A DNA stretch of 64,000 nt from contig NW_027266266.1 of the NCBI RefSeq assembly GCF_022045235.1, forward strand, positions 22,940,001 through 23,004,000, read 5' to 3'. This stretch comes from Haliotis cracherodii (lineage: Eukaryota). Under the pieces are notes generated by a model that searched no databases, had not been told where the DNA came from, and saw only the letters and a program-made list of their open reading frames with translations. Below, piece by piece: positions 37,347-51,564 of this stretch (positions within the stretch are counted from its first letter, which is position 1; every line of letters begins with the position of its first letter). A program made the translations under genes and the position numbers.

Positions 37347-39429
37347 TGACAGAATATAGGTGTCACTGGCCGTCTCTCCATACTTTGAGCTTCATGCATG
37401 CAGGTGTGCTGGCTAAAGAGGTGCAAGTTTGATACTAGATTGTGGAAAATTTACAAGCGTGGCGACTATTTCAATGACATTTTATAAATTAACTCTTGAA
37501 CATGACGATCACAGAGATATATCTAAGCCTGCTAAGAGACCAATATTCGGCCCCAGGTCTGAAGTAAATGTCGGTAAAAATTCCCGAATTGGAATAACAT
37601 ATTTCCCAATTCAAGTTATATATTAATAACTGATGTTATGGCTTTGTTCAGGTGACGTGTATATTACACAAAATACAGAAATTACCCTAATTGCCTACCA
37701 AGTGTACCTATCTTAGAATCCGGGGTAAGACTCTCCTTACTGAAATACTTCCGTTTAGCCCAGTTTTTTAACATCTAGATGAGTCTGTTTGTACTCTCAA
37801 GTGATTGAGCAAGATATTTTCACATGAACTGGAGTTTTCCCCTAGTAATTAGGCAGGTAGGTAATGACTAATCAAAGTACAGTCTATGGGCCGATGAAAA
37901 TACATGTATGACCAATTGAAATATCACTAGTTGAAATTGATACAGCTACACTATTGACAAAATGAAATGAAAAAGGCCTGATACTTATTGCCTCTGCATA
38001 TTTTTGTTCTATAGTATCTATTGTTTGTTCTATAGTATCTATTGTTTGTTTTATCCGAAATACGCCTGAACAGACATGGTACCCATTCTTAATGTTGGGA
38101 GTAGACACTCCCTATTAGCCCACTGTAAAGGGGAGGGAGGCAGGCATGCATAGCCCAGTCATCTAAGGCGTCACAATTCGCTGCACAGAGTTGCCTCCCT
38201 TGGCACGCCAGAAACCTATTATATGGGTTCAAATCCCTAGTCGCCCTGATAATGTTTCCAGGTTTCCTAGCACACACCCGTGCTTGTGGGTTTCACCAAA
38301 GTGGTAAAGGTCTGAGACCTGCAATACGTCAGGCTTTCCTCCCTCATTAAGCTGACACAGTGTGTTTTAACTGGAATACTGTTCATTTCACGCTGTACAC
38401 AGAGGAAATGGCTTTTGACAATATCATGATTATGTATGAATAAAACTAAAACATCAATCCCCCGTAATGGTTTCCAGTAAGGGACTGAATGTTACGTTAA
38501 ATTGTCTATAGCTTGTAAATAATGAATGGAATGCAAATGTTCCAACAGAATGTATTATGATGAACTCCATGGTCAAGATTAATTCACAATACTTTTCGTG
38601 TGCTACCATCAATAGATATTGTGCTTAATGTGAGTGTAAAGGCAATTTGTGCAGGATCATGATGTAAATATGTGTTGATTTGTAAATATAAATTGATTTT
38701 TAAAAAGTTCTGTGCTTATTTGTTGTCAGCAGTGCAATCTGTTACAGATTTGAAAGACCGCTGCATTATTATCCACGGCACAAAGTTTGTTTGTTTGTTT
38801 GTTGTTAAACGCTGCACTCTGCAATATTCCAGCTGTCTGACGGCGGTCTGTAAATAATAAAGTCTGGACCAGACATTAACATCACGAGCATTGATCCATG
38901 CAATTGGGACACGATGACATGCATCAACCAAGTCATCGAGTCTGACCACCCGATCCCATTAGTTGCCTCTTACGGCAAGCATGGGTTGCTGAAGACCTAT
39001 ACTAACCCGGATCTTCAGGGGTCTCTAAAAACAATAGCAATTAAAAACAATAGCAATCAGCAGTAGCACAATTGACAGTGTGTTTTTTATTTTCATTATT
39101 TGCATCACATTTTATCACGTAAACTCAAAGACTGCACCCAGTCTCATCACAAACTAAAACAAGTAATAATTAATTGATGAATCATTGGGTGAATATCCAA
39201 AGTTGCATGGTCAAAAACTAGTTTATAGCATTTCGGCTGATTTTGGTGCAAAATATCGTTATGATTTTGCCAAAATCATACTTGTTCATGTCATTGGACA
39301 CCCATTGTCTCTCGGTCAGTAGGAAATATCAATATAAATCTTATTCACATATATTGTAAAAGTAGTGAACAATTGGCTGTAGATAAATCATCTTTGTTGT
39401 CCCATAAATATGTCTTGCCCTGAGAAATA

Positions 39430-40020
39430 AAACTGTTTTGCTCAGAACAGATGAAAAATATTCCACTTTCCAACTTTTTTAAAGTGGCTACAACTAACTT
39501 TCCTCTGATGTGTGATAAATGGGAAAATGAACTTAATCGAAGTATTTTATGGAATAATGTTTTCTCTAATTGTAGAATGTGTACAATGATGTTAAAGTAA
39601 TAGATTTCCAGTACAGATTCATAAATTGGAGCTCTATAGGAATTATTGAAAATGAAGTTAATGGATGATGATATATGCTCTTTTTGTGTCTCTGAATCTG
39701 AAAGCTTATATCATGTGTATGTAGAATGCATTTTTGTAAAGGAATTTTGGTGTGAAATCGAAATGCGTATGATATTCGTATTACCATTCTGGATAAGTTA
39801 TTTTGCTACAACAAAAACAACTATCTTTTCAACCATATAATTCTTCTTGCAAAAAAATACATTCACCAGTCAAGCATTAAGAAAACTCCATTATGCTCTC
39901 CTTTCTTCATAAAAATACTGAAAGATGTACATGTAAAATATAAAATATTATCGCAATGAAAAATAGTAGTATTAATAGATTCAACAGAAAATGGAAGGAA
40001 TTATCAGCCTACTTATAATT
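39430..40020 (+). mobile_element. Decayed L1/Tx1-type LINE 3' fragment
   Basis: C-terminal CCHC motif DDICSFCVSESESLYHVYVEC..VKEFW, with stops and frameshifts around it. Confidence 0.7.
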
Positions 40021-40869
40021 TCTCAGTCAATCAATATATGTACATACCCATATCTGATCATGTTTTAAGATTCTGTGAATTGCTACACTTAAATACCTCA
40101 TGTACCAATGTTAGATTAATGTCTACTGATAAAAATAATTTAAATTTAAAATGAGATGTTTGTGACTAATTTGGCTGTCACCATCTTTAAACAATCACAT
40201 GTCTACCAGTCAGAACCACATTCCTCAAGCAGACCATTTATGCGTGAAATCAAATTGCCCACCATGAAGTACAAAAGGGAGCATCCTTTTGATAAGGGGG
40301 TTGGTGGGGATTTTTTTCTAAAATAATCAAGCTCCTGTATTTACAAAAATATACTATTTGCACACATTTTTTTATGTTGGGGGAAAAATTGGGCTCCTGA
40401 ACATTAAGACAAAAAATGCTGATCTCATACCAAAATCCCAGCCTCGATCCCCCGATTGAGAATCAAATGGTTGCTCATTTATGCTTATTAAAGTGCAAGC
40501 AGTAGGGGAAAAGATGTTTCAAAGAAGATCTTTTGTTTCTCCTTAATTCAAATATATTTTAGAGACACTCATGTAGATTTTCACAAATATCAAGTTCTCT
40601 GACAAAGTCAAATATTTCACAAGTACCCCCTAACAGAAATCAAATACTTTCCCAGGACAAAAGTCATAATGTTTAAATTCAAGTAATACCCTGTAAAATA
40701 TACTCTTTTCATAGTTTTGCTTTTAAATTTCAAATTACCTGCCCTTGATGATCACTTACATTTTACCGACCAATCCAACGTCGAGATACTGGAATTGGTA
40801 AGGAATAGTCTAGAAACCAAAGCCACTGCCATTTTTCATGTACATGAAGACATCCTTTCCAGCAGAAAG

Positions 40870-41385
40870 CATCTTCCTGAGGCAAGGGAGTTAACTGACT
40901 ACAAAAGTCCAGTGTTCACCCTTGCGAAACTTGGCTGGAATTATGGAGTTATATTTTGGCTGGACTAATGAGTCTATGCATAGTCCAGTCAAAATCGCGT
41001 AACGAAATCGACATCTGATTCATAAATTCGGTCAATTGCAGGATTTGCAAAGCATGTACGCTGTCAGTTTAGCGTCAACATATATGTTCCACATCTTTTC
41101 ATGTTTTTAAACAAGGTGCTCATGTGATTTGATGCAATTCGCAATGTAAGACCCGTTTAGTTTCAATAAAGATGTTAATTATTGATCAGATCATCATCAG
41201 TGGGCGCCACCATTTTTTTTTAAGCAAATGCAAGTGATATGAGAGGTGGAATCTGATTGGTCAATAGGAGGGACTCAAAATAGCCACTGGGGGTGCTACG
41301 ATCATGCCCAGAAATTCCAGCCAAGTTTGGCAAGAGTGGAAGCTAGACTTTTAAAGTCTGTTAACTCTCTTGCCTCCGGAAGATG
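40870..41385. mobile_element. MITE family D (opposite orientation)
   Basis: Same TIRs; TSD not recognisable. Confidence 0.85.
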
Positions 41386-41659
41386 ATCAAACAAATGTTT
41401 GAGGATTTTCTTTTGCATGTTGGTCAGTTCTTCTATGTTGAATTTTTTCACAAACTCATCTTAATCAATGGGACTGGCCGCCATGTTGATATCACCAACC
41501 CAACATTGAGGCTGGTTTGGAACTTGCACTGTGTTAGACTGAGGAGCATAGTAAATAAAATTGGCAAACGAGTGTAGGGCAGGTAATTTGAGATCCCCAG
41601 AACCACCGGAATGGATCCAGGAGGATGTTTCCGAAGATTTCCAACATTACTTTAGTATC

Positions 41660-44600
41660 TCATTGCCAGCATTCACTGAAAGGCACAAGCTTTATCTGTT
41701 CCTGTGTGTAAAATGCCTGCAGAGCCTTATCATTCAGAACATGGATCTCATGTTCTCTTGCCTCTGATTGTGAGAAATCATCGGGCCCTGTGCCACACCC
41801 TCCCACCTCCCCATTCATGTACCCTGGGTGGGCCATCAACTCACACACAGCGTCGCCTGCTCCTGAGGCCACAGACTCATATGCCCTACTAATGCCTGTC
41901 TTGAGTCTGTCCACTGTCATGTCGTATCCCATGGTGCACAGTCCAAAGAAACAGTCACTCACTCTGAAATAAAAAAGATGACAAGTCTGTTACCTTAACT
42001 TCGGAGGATGGAGTTCCCGACTAAAGTACTCATGGAAATAAAAAAACAACTTTTCCGGGATTTAATAATCACCACAAAGCATTACGTAGATGTAAATCCG
42101 AAGTAACAAAACAACTGGAAAAGTACCAGTCTGGATTTGCTAGTTTTATCTCAGTGCTCAATACAAAATGTACTTTACAGGAGGTAATTTGTAGGCACTT
42201 TCAACATTCAAAAAAAAAACTAAGTCCAAATTGACATGGAAGAAACAGGCTATAGGCATTTTGCAAATTAGCCTGGAAAAAAGTTATCAAAACAACAATA
42301 AAAATAACAGCTATGTTTATGTACATAATAATAATGACATGTAAGTTGTTGTTTGAGAAGGGAATATGTTACTTTTACATTCTGATATTTTGACGATGCT
42401 TCACTATCCCACAATGCCACTCACAAATCACTAACCACTGACAAATCACATGCACGTGGGTTTCAAACACCTGTTTTCACCTGTCGTCAAGGTGTCATAG
42501 GTCATGGACATTCACCTCGATCTACTAACACCTGGTTATGCTCAGTTTCACAATAGTCTGTTTTTTGTTCATATTTTTACACACTTTTACGTGTAAAAAG
42601 ACATAAAAACCTTTGATACGCTGTATTTGTGCCAAGGCCCAATTAGTACTAATTGAGTTGTTTGAATATTTATATATTTTGTATATTAACTGCATTTATT
42701 TAAAATCTGAGATCGAAAAAACAGTTTTTTTTCATTAATGAGTACTTTAGTGTATTATCTTTATGTTAGTATCAGTATATACATGTACCCAGATGTTCCT
42801 CCATCACTGCAAATCAGAGTCAAGGGTAAGTTTAAAGACCTGATTAAACCTTGTTTCGGGGGTCCATATTGAAAATCATATTTGAACCTCATGAACACAT
42901 GTTGGCTTTACCCTTTGTGGGAATAATCATGTCAAATCAAGATCAAAATTTTTATTTTTGAAAAAAATGGAGCATTAATGTTGAGCAACTACATGTACTG
43001 CATTTTGTGACATTTTGAGTGAGTGAGTGTGTGAGTTGGGTTTTACGCCGCTTTTAACAATATTCAAGTTATATCACGGTGTGTCAGCTTAATGTGGGAG
43101 GAAAGACCAAAGTGATGCAGGTCTCAGACGTTTACCACTTCAGTGAAACCCACGAGCACGGGTATGGTGCTGACAAACCTAGAAACATAATCTGGGCGAA
43201 CCGGGATTCGAACCCACAATCATAGGTTTCTGGCGTGCCCAAAGGATGCAACTCTGCACAGTGAATCGCGGCGCCTTAGATGACTGGGCCACCCGTGCCC
43301 CCTCTGACATTTTGAACCAGCGTGATTGAGCATGCCTTCAAATGGATATGAACAGGTGTTTCAATGTGGTCGCTGTGGTGGCCATATTGAAAATTGCATT
43401 CAAACCTTTTCAATAAACTAGGGTGTCTTCATCAAGAGGGAACATGAAGTTTCAGCTTCATTGGCTCTGGTCTCTGGGAGGAATGTTTATGACAGACGAT
43501 GCACGACACATGACAGATGGCGGGCATTCATGCCACTTACAGTCATGTGAGCTAAATATGTGAAAGTTCAAGATGGGTCCGTGAATGTTGTTTTAATGCG
43601 ACAGACCAATATTCCTGCTGTCGTAGTGGCCACATTGAAATGTAGGATTCAAACATCTTTAACAAATTTAAGTATCATTGTTCAATGGAAAAGTAACTGA
43701 AGTTTCAGCTTCCTTGGTCCAGTGGTTGATGAGAAGATGTTTACAGAGCCAAGATTGTTTTTTAAAGAATTAAGTGTATTTATTAGCATATATGCTGAGG
43801 TCAAATCAAGGGCAAAACAAAAAACTAAATAAAACAAAATCTGAAACATGTATGTCGATCCCTAATAGTAACTACACATGACTTATTTATTTACAGACTG
43901 CCATCATATCACTGGAATATTGCTGAGTGCAGCATTAAACAACAAACAAACAAACTACACATGTACCAAGTGTAAATGACATGGGAAATGTAAGTGAGAA
44001 ATGGACATAAAAAGGTGCGGCGGCCATATTGTTTATGAATTTTCACACCCACTGGTTTATTTCGGGTTATTTATTTGCGGGAACATAGCCCTCCTTTCAC
44101 TTAAGCTAAATGCTTTTTTGAAGCAAACAGAGAGCAAACATAGTCAGAATGGCAATTTAACTGTTAAATTTTAGACAGAAGTTAACTCGTCTATTTTTTT
44201 TTAAAAAAGAGTAAAATATGACACACAATCTGTGAAACAAATGATAAATTTTGTCTGGACTAATAACAAATCAAATCTCCAAGGTAACATGCTGCAACCC
44301 ACCTGATGCCATTCTCCTGGAACACTGGCAGGCTCTGACGAGACAACTCGATGATCACCTTGAAGGAATCCAAGTAGTCGCTTGGGATCCAGTCTCCGGA
44401 CAGGATGACAGGATCGATCGGCAGTCTGGTGCTCCTGATACCCCGAGAGCCCAGCACCTCAGCGAAGGCTTTTCTCACACCTTCACATGGGAGGACAAAA
44501 TAGCAGGTTAACTGTGATCTGCATCCGCAATTGTTTTATGAGAGACTGCATCTTACACCCCATTCTCCGACCCCAAGTTTCCTGTAGCCAGCCTAGTACC

Positions 44601-47600
44601 ACTACCACTGGCCCTGAGATGTGATGATTCATCACATCTTACACTGTCCATTCTACAAATTATACATGTTTTCATCTTATTCATTTTTGAAAAAGTCTAC
44701 ATTTAGTGAGTGAGTGAGCTAGTATGTTTTTTTACGCTGCTTTTAGCAATATTCCAGCAATATCATGGTAGGCAACACCAGGAATGGGCTTCACACAGTG
44801 TACCCATGGGGGGAATCGAAACCCGGGTCTTCAGCATGATGATCTAACGCTTTAACCACTAGACTACCCCATTGCCCCTCTACATTTTGATAAACATTTG
44901 TCATAAAATGATCAACTGTCCAAAAGTATGAAAAACTACATCTTCCCGAGGCAAGGGTGTTAACTGACTTCAAAAGTCCAGCTTCCACCCTCGCCAAACT
45001 AAACTGGAATTCCTGGGCTCGATCGTAGCACCACCAGGGGTTATTACAAGCTATGTCCCTTCTACGGACCAATCCGATTCCATCATATGCATTTCTTTAA
45101 AACAAAATGGCGGCGCCCAGTCAAGACGATCTGATCGATAATCAAGATCTATATTGTGATAAAACGGGTCTTACATCGCGAAGTGCATCAAATCAGGCTA
45201 GCACCTTGATTAAAAACATGAAATGGTTTGGAAAATATCTGTTGACAAGTTGGCGGTGCACATGCTTTTCAAATCCTGCAATCGACCGAAATCTGTGCAA
45301 CAGTTTACGAACCGGATTTCAATTTCGTTGCTCGATTTTGATTGGAAAATGCATAGACTCATTAGTCCAGCCAAAATGTAACTCCATAATACCAGCCTAG
45401 TTCGGCAAGGGTGGAAACTGGACTTTAATAGTCAGTAAACGCCCTTGCATCGGGAAGATGGAAAAAACTATTTCCATTTGCACATCTATCCTTTGTCTAC
45501 ATTAGTTGTATTTGAGGCAACACACAAAGAGATACAAATTAAAAGTAGCCCATCAAGCCCTGGCCATGCTTGTTGTAAGAGGCGACTAACGGGATCGTGT
45601 GGTCAGGCTCGCTGACTTGGTTTGCTGCATGTCATCGTATCCCAATTGCGTCGATCGATGCTCATGATGTGAATCACTGGATTGTCTGGTCCAGACTTGA
45701 TTATTTACAGACCGCCATCATATAGGTGGGATATTGCTGAGTGTGGCAACAAACAAGCAAACAAACATTAAACACCAATAAAACAGTTCTAAATGACGTG
45801 TGGAGACCTACCAGGAAAGATGTGGGCATGCTGGTGTCCGTCTACGTGTATGGGGGGATGTCCAACTAGTGCCTCAAACCTTGTCAGCTGTGCCTCCAAC
45901 TCTACTTTCACCTCAAAGAAGATGCACATGTATGGTCATAACATCAGCATCCTATGTCATTGACATCAGATCTTTTACTCCAATCTCACACCACTCAGTC
46001 CTTCCGAGAGGCAGGAGGTTAAAACAAGTAATGTGAGGGATCATTTGAGGCTTGTAAGCACAGATATGAAAAGAAAGTAAACCTGTATATTATATTAAAC
46101 ATATTGTTTGACTGTAGCACAATATTATGATGATGACAAGACAAGAAAATAATTTGGTCTGGTTTACGTTGTGATTTTTGCTAATAAATGCTCCTGTGAT
46201 TATATGATAATGAAAGACATTCTTATGCCTGGCCAATTTATTTTCTTGTTGCACAGTTCCTCTTGGTCAGTATCAAGAATGCCATCTTCCTGAGGCAAGG
46301 GCTATAATTGACTATAAAAGTCCAGCCCCAGTTAGGATACAACACCCTCTAATCTTGCAACGCCCCGACACGGTGATCACATAAAACACGTGTTTATTTC
46401 AGGAGGAGGGCAACAGGAAGAGTGAAGAAATGCACTAAACACGCAGAGTGATGGAAGGGAGAGAACTCTGCCCCTATCTAACCCATGCATACCTGTTATG
46501 GTGAAAATTCCAGAGTTACCTTTTGGTTGGACTAATGAGTCTATGCATTATCAAAATCGCGTATTGAACTAGACACCCAGTTCGTAAACAACATGGATTT
46601 AAACGTGATATTTCAATCGACTGATGGATTTGCAAAACATGTGTATCGCTAACTGGGCGTCAACAGATATTTGCAGTCTTTCAAATTTTTTTATTATGAT
46701 GCTCAAGTGATTTCGATGCTCTTCGCAATGTTAGTCCTGTTTTATTACGATATAGATCTTTATTATTGATAAAATCATCTTGACTGGGTGCCGTCATTTT
46801 GTTTGAAGCAATGGCAAGTGATATAAGAGGTGGAATCTGATTGGTCAATAGAAGGGACATAATTCGTGATAGCTGCTGGTGGCGCTATGATTGAGCCTGG
46901 AAATTTCAGCCTATTTAGGCAAGACTGGAAACTGGACTTTTATAGTTGGTTCATGCCCTTGCTTCAGTTAGATACAAGTGTGGATATATAACATTGTTGT
47001 GAGAATAAATCACCAAAAGTCCTTACATCTTTAATGTCTAAATGTCCACCTTTTGCTGCTTCCCAAAATCTTTCTTTTTCCAAGAATAATGCCTCTTTAT
47101 CGACAAGACTGCTGGACTTCGTTGCCTCAGAAACTGGAACTCCCTCAGAGATGTTGAAATGCAGTCCTGAAATTAATCATAAATCACACACTCCGGCGCA
47201 CTGGTGACTCAGCATAACACCACTGCCACAGGCTAATTTGCATATCACGTGACTGGACTTTTCTCTTGTTTGTAAACAAACAAGCTTTTTCAGAAATGAG
47301 AATAAAACGAATGATGCAATTATTTGGGGGCACTATACATATTGGTTTGCATAATTTTATAAATATGCTACTACAACTGCAACAGTGAGTTGCATGACAA
47401 TACATATTTACGCATCAAAGTGATCGTATCGCTAGCTCGCCGTTGGGCTTCGATGACAGCACGTGGAGCTGTACAGCCAATGTCAACAAAGGATAACTAC
47501 GCAAAAACAAGTAGATTTTCACATATTAGGATACTTTCTTAATGAACCATAAACATTCTTTGACATTTGTTTATGAAAATGTTTAGATTTGTCAAACATG

Positions 47601-49577
47601 AAACGGATGAAAAGCATATGCAATATCTTGAATGGACTGTGACAGATGTGCCAAATCGTCCTGTGGCAGAGGTACTATGCTGGCTGGCTGCCGGCCACAT
47701 GGAACTCTGGGTAGGAGAGTGCATAAATTACTCCTGATTCATAAGCCATGAAACTTAAAAAAATAATTTTCATGACTGTCCGACAACAAGCAAGGACTCA
47801 CCATCAGCATCATAGTCAGAACAAATCTGGCATTTGAACCTAAAATATATGGATCCTTGCATAGAGTGGGAAATGGAGGACTGACTATGACCTACATCTT
47901 TTTTTTCTAAATGGTTTTGGATATCAACAACAATTTGAATGTCATGGCATATTGATAGTAACACAGCTCTGACAGGTGCTTGAGTACCTGACCAGGGGCA
48001 TCTTCCCGAGGCAAGGGAGTTAACTGACTACAAAAGTCCAGTTTCCACCCTTGTCGAACTAGGCTAGTATTATGGAGTAACATTTTGGCTGGACTAACGA
48101 GTCTATGCATAATCCAATCAAAATCGCACACCGAAAACGAAATCTGGTTCGTAAAGTGTCATACAGATTTCGGTCGACTGCAGGATTTGCAAAGCATGTG
48201 CACCGCTAACTTGTTGTCAACAGATATTTTCTAAATCTTTTCATGCTTTTAATCAAGGTGTTCACATGATTTGATGCACTTCGCGATGTAAGACTCGTTT
48301 TATCACAATATAGATATTGATTATCAATCAGATCGTCTTGACTGGACTGTTTGAAGCAAATGCAAGTGATACGAAAGGTTGAATCTGATTGGTCAATAGG
48401 CGAGGCATTGAAAGGACATAACTCGTAATAGCCACTGGTGGCGCTACGATCGAGCCCAGGAATTCCAGCCTAGTTCGGCAAGGGTGGAAACTGGACTTTT
48501 ATAGTCAGTTAACTCACTTGCCTCCGGAAGATGAACCAGGGGAGATAACTTACATCTCCATTTATCAAACAATCCATTTGCAGACACTGAAGAAGAAATG
48601 ACACAGTGTCTAGACACATTTTCACTTTGATGAGGTGAATGAAAAAAAAAGTTTATTGTGTGTCTTATTATCATGGAGATCTCAAACCAGAATCCGGGTC
48701 GGGAATGGAGACAGATGTACTTGGGTTCATTTTACTCTACTCGTAAAAAAAACTGTATGGAACAAGTTGAAAAGTGAATAGATAATCATATTGCACACTT
48801 ATCACTTTGTTATCTGCAAAGGAGGTTGTCAGTGTCATTTCTAGAACATCACTCTCCATGATATCATGATAGAATGGAGATAAAACTAATCTGTAATAAA
48901 TTGAGATATATATCATCATGATACGCTGCAAATGATATTTTAAATACAAATATAAAATACAATAGTGATTGAGTTAGTTTTATCATGTTAATTTAATACT
49001 TCTTTGAGACATATTTCAGCAAAGGGTGCGAATTTTGTGTGTGAGGAAAGCCCATAGCGATGCAGGTCTTAGATGTGAACCACTTTTAAAAAACCATGAG
49101 CATAGGTATGGTGCAGACAAACCAAGCAACATAATCAAGATAAATCTGGGATTCAAACCCACAACTCAACTCTGCCAGCTAATCGTAGCAAACCAGATGG
49201 CTGAGACACCCATACCCAAAAATCTGCAAGAATAAACATTTAACTAAATGTGCGATTTAATCTTAAAATGAAGATAATCAGATATACTGTTCTAAATATT
49301 GAAATAAAAATATATATTTGACACTTGAGTTTGCCATTTCAAAATACCATATGGTTCTCTTTAGCTAAGTAAGCTTGCTTCGACAATGGCCATGACTAAG
49401 TTGTTTACCTATTGGTACGGAGTGTTTCTTGCACAACGTGACGCCATGCTCTGCAGCAATTCCATTCACCATCAAGGATGTGTGTGTGATGACACCTTTT
49501 CTGAAGCAGTCCACAAGTCCTTCATTCCTCTCTTTGCTGTAGCCTAAGTCGTCACCAGTTATCACGAGAAGCTTCAT
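41660..49577 (-). CDS. YDJC: YdjC-family carbohydrate deacetylase, 5 exons, ~296 aa
   Basis: Exons 49577-49409, 47166-47027, 45911-45812, 44480-44303, 41963-41660 (891 nt). Motifs LVITGDDLGY, TSLMVNG, GLHFNISEG, HVDGHQHAHIFPG, ELMAHPGY, GPDDFSQSEAREHE. Confidence 0.92.
43018..43302 (-). mobile_element. tRNA-derived SINE family G (expanded head)
   Basis: TGGCCCAGTCATCTAAGGCG..GGGTTCGAATCCC head and (CTCA)n tail. Diverged copies at about 4265-4530, 38145-38390, 49030-49210(-); head fragments near 32350 and 36040. Confidence 0.7.
44939..45460. mobile_element. MITE family D
   Basis: TSD GAAAAACTA / GAAAAAACTA. Confidence 0.9.
46284..46975. mobile_element. MITE family D, diverged, with internal insertion
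   Basis: Degenerate TIRs and recognisable internal sequence. Confidence 0.7.
47999..48533. mobile_element. MITE family D
   Basis: TSD GACCAGGGG/AACCAGGGG. Confidence 0.92.
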
Positions 49578-50017
49578 AGTGTATGTTTTCGCTTCAATTT
49601 ACTGTTTTATATATTCGTTTAACAAAATGTCGTCTTTGAAACATTGGCCTTGACCTGTTAACTGATAAGCAAGATAATGCCCTCATTTAGATACCTTTAG
49701 TTATTAGTTTTAGAGTTAATTCCCCTGTTCACTCTCCAGTATGCGAAAGTAGAAAAATACTTCCGGTAAAAATACAGATTGAATAACGAATTTCAGCATT
49801 TGAAAAGTATTTTTCGTACAATGTAGCAAGGAAGCATCAACGTCCACATCTGATCAAGAAAATTTGCGTTGTCACCTTTAGAATGTTGTATTGGTACTAC
49901 TATTCCATGCAATTATCAATACAACTGCAAGATCGAGAAACCTCAATTTTCAGTTTAAGCACAAATTTTGGTGATTTCCAATTTTGAATGAACCCACGCA
50001 CATTGTAGGTTTTCAAA
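49578..50017. promoter_or_regulatory. Probable bidirectional promoter YDJC/BCAS2
   Basis: Divergent ATGs 440 bp apart with no TE insertion. ETS-type ACTTCCGG at 49759-49766; YY1-like AAAATGGC overlapping the BCAS2 ATG. Confidence 0.7.
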
Positions 50018-51532
50018 ATGGCTGGAGAAGTTGTTGTCGATGCTTTGCCGTATTTCGACCACGGTTATGATGAGCCTGGCGTAAGAGAAGCCGCGATTGC
50101 TTTGGTAGAAGAAGAGACAAGGCGATACAGACCAACAAAAAATTATCTTGACTATCTCCCGCCTCCAATTTACAACTCATTTGAAACAGAAATGATGAAA
50201 AATGAAGTCGAACGTTTGCAGGTGGGTATCAATTCCTAAATAGTGTTTCTAGGGCAACAAAACACTTTACCGGGCGCAGATTATGGTGTTAATTAGCTGG
50301 CGGCTATGGCTCTCGCTGATCTCGCTTCCTCTTTGATGTCATCCCGGTCGCATATATAAACAAGAATAAGAAAAAGTTGGTCGACCGATCGGCACTGCAT
50401 CAGAAAATCAGAAAACAAAGCAGCTCACTACTAATCAAGTACGGATGTTAAGACAAATAATGATAGTTTGTTGATGTCAGCACTGGGCAACAATGCAGTT
50501 TACCGGGCGCAGTCTGAGCTCTACCATCCACTCAATTACCACGCTATAGTGTTACCGCTGTCTCGCTATACCATTACCGTGCCTCACGCTCAAGTGACTC
50601 TCGCTTCACTATCCAACACCTGTTTTCAGTCTTAGGTAAACTTACACATCTTTACGATCCAACACCCGTTTTTGGTCTTAGGGAAACTTACACAACTTTA
50701 CGATCCAACACCCGTTTTCGGTCCTTAGTGTTAGCTTGGTTTGGGCAAGGGTTAGCCATAATTTCTTACCTTTTCATTTTAAATCGTTAATCCAGTTAAT
50801 CCGATTGGTCTGTCATGTTGACATTAACAGTGGTGGGTGTGGTTTCAAGAAAAGATTAATGGTAGAGCGGACAGTGACGTCAAACGGATGCGCAATTCAC
50901 TGTTTTCTGAATTACGCATGCTTGTTTATAGGGTGCTAATCACCCGTTAATTGAACACTGATTACATGTGATAGCACTTGAGGTCCAGTGGTAGAGTGTC
51001 GGCTAATTAACGCATTGATTTTAATGAGATTGCTCTCAATGCTGTCCTTAACTCTTGGATCCCCTTTTAGATTAAGCACTCTTTTATAATCAATAGGATT
51101 AGTAACCCCTTTCTGATCAAACACCATTTACAATCCTTGGGGTTGGGTACCCCTTGCCAGTCATACACACCTGTTTGGTCCTTAGTAATAGTATTAGTTG
51201 TGAGGTAGGGTACGGGTTAGCTATTGTTTTTGACAAATGAACCCAATGTAATTTGAGGAAATTATTGACCACTTGGTAAATGAGCACTAATTATTTGTGA
51301 TAGTGCCCAGGGTAGAGTGTTGACTGATAAGATTAACACGTTAAGCCAGCTCGGCTGATTGAATTCCCAATAGGTGTAGATGAACATGATGAAGTGCAAT
51401 ACTCCAATCTGTAGGCCTGTGTTTCTCTGGTATTGTCATATGCCAATTGGAGGTGAGGTGAGGTGAAATGAGGTTTAACATCGCGTCCAAGATTATTACA
51501 CTTAATAATATAGCGACGTGCATACACGTGTA

Positions 51533-51564
<32 letters not shown>

